Below are positions 61,060 through 64,000 of a stretch of DNA of 64,000 nt, one piece after another. A program made the translations under genes and the position numbers. Numbering within the stretch: the first letter of the stretch is position 1; the number at the start of each line of letters is the position of its first letter. Below the pieces are notes generated by a model. That model searched no databases and had not been told where the DNA came from. It saw nothing but the letters and a program-made list of their open reading frames with translations. The stretch spans positions 184,600-248,599 of the forward strand of contig CAXXFV010000029.1 in the NCBI GenBank assembly GCA_963674595.2, read 5' to 3'. This stretch comes from a bacterium. Its GTDB lineage: Bacteria > Zhuqueibacterota > Zhuqueibacteria > Residuimicrobiales > Krinioviventaceae.

Positions 61060-62075
61060 ATGACACACATCAAGCAGCAGGATATAGCAAACATTCTCAA
61101 AGTTTCACGAGTAACCGTCTCTAAAGCACTCCGAGACCACCCCGACATTTCGGAAGAAATGAAAAAAAAAAGTAAAACAAGTTGCCAATCAACTTGATTA
61201 CACTCCCAACTTTGTTGCCCGCAGTCTGAGTCAAAAAGAACAAATACGATTGGCGTTGTTATACCTGATACTACAAACTCTTATTTTTCTCATGTTATAA
61301 ATGGCATTATGATGCAGCCCTGGAAAAAGGTTACCAGATCTCCTGACCATTTCCAGAGAAAATCATGAACTGGAAGAAAAAAACATAAAATCATTGATGG
61401 CCATGCGTGTAGACGGATTGCTGGTTTGTATTACACAGTCTACAAAAAAACGCCAAATCATTGAATTTTATAAGATAAAAACAATATTCCGCTGGTATTG
61501 TTTGACCGATCATTAATCGGTTGAAAAATTTAATACTGTTCTTTGTAATGACCGTTGAAGCGGCCTTTTCAGCAATTGATTTTGCTATCAAAAAAAGGAT
61601 ACCGTAAAATAGCCCATTTTGGCCGGGCAATCTCCGATAAATGTCGGAGAGAGAACGGCTGGAAGGTTATAAACAAGCGCTCATTTTCAAATGATATTGA
61701 AATCAGGAATGAGTGGATCATTCAGGGCGGTCACCAGAAAGAAGACGGCTATAAAGGTTTTAAAAAACTTTATGCAAAAGGTGATCTTCCGGAACTGGTT
61801 TTTTGTCCAGCAACAGCTTTATCGCCTGTGGTGTGTCATGAAAGCTGTTAAGGAATTGGGTTTAAAAATACCCGAGGATATTGCTGTAATCGGTATTGGT
61901 GATGAGGATACTCTAACCTTTTATCACCGTCCCTTACGTTTTATGCGGCAATACCCGGACGAAATTGGTCAACAGGCTGCCAGATTTACTGGTTGATAAA
62001 ATAGAAAAACCGGAAAATGGCAAAATAACAAATATTACAATTCCAATGAAACTCGTTGCTCGAGAATCAACATAA
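61060..62075 (+). pseudogene. LacI-family transcriptional regulator, multiple frameshifts
   Basis: 'DIA..L.VS..TVSKAL.D', 'Y.PN..ARSL', 'VDGL', 'PEDIAVIG', 'LV.REST'. Confidence 0.88.
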
Positions 62076-62103
62076 ATCAAGTTTTCTATTTCCTCCTTCT
62101 TAT

Positions 62104-62143
62104 AAAGATGCCCCGCTATTGACAAAAGGGCATCTTTTTTTTT
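62104..62143 (+). terminator. Rho-independent terminator
   Basis: AAAGATGCCC..GGGCATCTTT followed by a T-tract. Confidence 0.8.
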
Positions 62144-62323
62144 TGTACCTACAAGTAATTTTTATATATTATTAAACATCCTGCTCTTCCCTGCCGTTTT
62201 AATATCTCTCCATTTCCCAAACAAGATCAAAAACCTCTTAAAAGGCATTGATATAAAGCCGGAATTTTCCTATAATATATTCAACCAAATCGGGAATTAT
62301 AACATTTATGGCAGAGAGCAATC

Positions 62324-64000
62324 ATGATTCGGAAATGTCTATTCATCATCCTTCTAATTGTCTGTTCAGGGGCAGATGCGGAGAGTTAACAAAAAAACAA
62401 ATCAGATTGTTTTGGGAAAACGAGTTATTCAAAACAACAATCCGCTATTACTGAAAACGCAAACGCCGGTCCGATTCAATTGTCCCTGTCTGCAAAAAAT
62501 GGCGACAATCCAAAAGAAATACTTTTTTCACAAACACCGTTTTTTTTGAGTGTGTAATTAATAATCATTTATTAACGGCCCAGGATAACCTCTGGTGTTA
62601 CGATTCGCATAAAACACGAAAAATGCAAAACGGCGAAGAACTGGTTGTTATATTCAAGGCTGTGCAGGGAGATTTCTAAGGACCTGCAGCTTGTTTTGTA
62701 TCAGCAAATTTTTCCGCAAACGACCTTTGTCAGGGAAAAAATAATCTTTCGTACCTCTGGAAATAAAAAATTCACCCTGAACAAACGCAATAACAAACTC
62801 TATTTTAAATTCCCACAGTACAGTCTGATAAACAACAATATTGAAAATTCCACAGAAATTCGGATTGCCTCCTGGGCGAATGAACTGATTGACATTGATC
62901 GCAGGCGAGCTCTGATGAACGTTTTGTTGATAGAGCCTATAACGACCACAATCTAGCCCAGAACCACATGTTTCATCCGGCTTACAGCACCATTGACCTG
63001 ATTGAGAATATAACCAAAACGGTTAAAGGTCCGATTAATATTGTCACAGGTAATAATTTTAGCTGGATAACCACCTATGAGCACGCCTCTCAGGATAATA
63101 CCCGGGGCATGATAAAAAAGGACAATGATACAAATTCACATGCACTGCGTGACGGCTTGCAGGGAATTGACGGTTGAGTTTGATTTTACCCTGACAGATG
63201 AGCATTTTCAATTTTTGGGGATTGCCCAAACTTTAAAATCAGACCGGTTGAACATATCTGTTGATATTCTCCGGGGAGGTTATCTGGACGGGGAAATAAT
63301 CGACAGCGCACATCCCTATGCTTCGGTGTGGACGGCCGGCGCTTTTACAAATAATAATAACCAGGATGATGCCAAATCTCTGATTCGGGATTATCTATAC
63401 CGGTGTATTTGTGAAAAACCGGCTTCCAGGCAGCCGTTGTTTTATTACAATACCTGGGGTATGCAGCGAAAACTCTCCAGCCAGGGGCAGCCGATTCGCG
63501 GTCTTATGACCCAGGAAAAACTTTTACAGGAAATTCAATATGCGGCCGAACTGGGTATTGATATTTTTGTTCTCGATGACGGTTGGGAACAGGCCCAGGG
63601 GGTTATGGACGCCGCACAGCGAACGCCTGCCAAATGGATTGGCGCCGATTAAAGCAGAGCTGGATAAATATGATATTAAAATGGGTGTGTGGTTTTCGCC
63701 GATGGGTATAGACAGTATGACCCAACGGTATAAAGATCATCTCGACTGGGTCATTAAAGATTCCCAAGGCCGCCCGGTCAAGGCACAATGGGGCCTTCCG
63801 GTGTTTGATTTTGTCGGTGATTTTTATGATCTGTTTGTTGACGATTGTAAAAAAACTCATTGATCAGGGCGTTCGCTTTTTTAAATGGGACGCGATTAAC
63901 ACTTTTTTCAGCACTCTGCCCAATATGCGGCACGGGTGATCGACAGCTATCCCCCTGAAGAACTTATGGCGAGATACGAATATCTGCTGCCGATTTATGT
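62324..64000 (+). pseudogene. GH36 alpha-galactosidase-like gene, multiple frameshifts, runs off the window
   Basis: 'YYNTWG', 'FVLDDGW', 'R.P.GL', 'GVWFSP' and 'FFKWD' spread over different frames. Confidence 0.85.

Noticed and set aside
1-64000. CRISPR array, tRNA or rRNA genes
   Set aside because: No regularly spaced direct repeats with unique spacers, no cas genes, and no cloverleaf or rRNA signature noticed.

Overview
64 kb of a bacterial genome, probably FCB-group (KSB1/Calditrichota-like; inferred from several proteins with C-terminal 'YPNPFN' FlgD/T9SS-type tails and from Tat/lipoprotein signals). From 1 to about 54.4 kb every credible gene is on the + strand. The genes are functionally unrelated: carbohydrate-active enzymes (GH29, GH127, GH2, GH36, heparinase II/III, GxGYxYP), transporters, secreted proteins and AT-rich ORFans. 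Mobile DNA includes an intact IS3 (31-bp IRs, ATAT target duplication, A-AAA-AAG frameshift site), a REP-associated tyrosine transposase (RAYT) with three complete and several partial miniature derivatives, and several REP/REPIN families. The most notable unexplained features are: (1) a ~210-235-nt non-coding element present four times, each copy with a conserved sigma70-type promoter and predicted covarying stems; (2) a recurring 'promoter-leader / REPIN - AT-rich cargo gene - RAYT end' layout that suggests a REP/RAYT-bounded gene-cassette system; (3) a DUF3800 gene with a convergent ~45-nt structured RNA behind a near-consensus promoter; (4) a putative dockerin-protein plus cohesin-CTD protein pair. 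Frameshifts cluster in the last 5 kb and are probably assembly errors. All calls are from motif recognition by eye; no searches were run.
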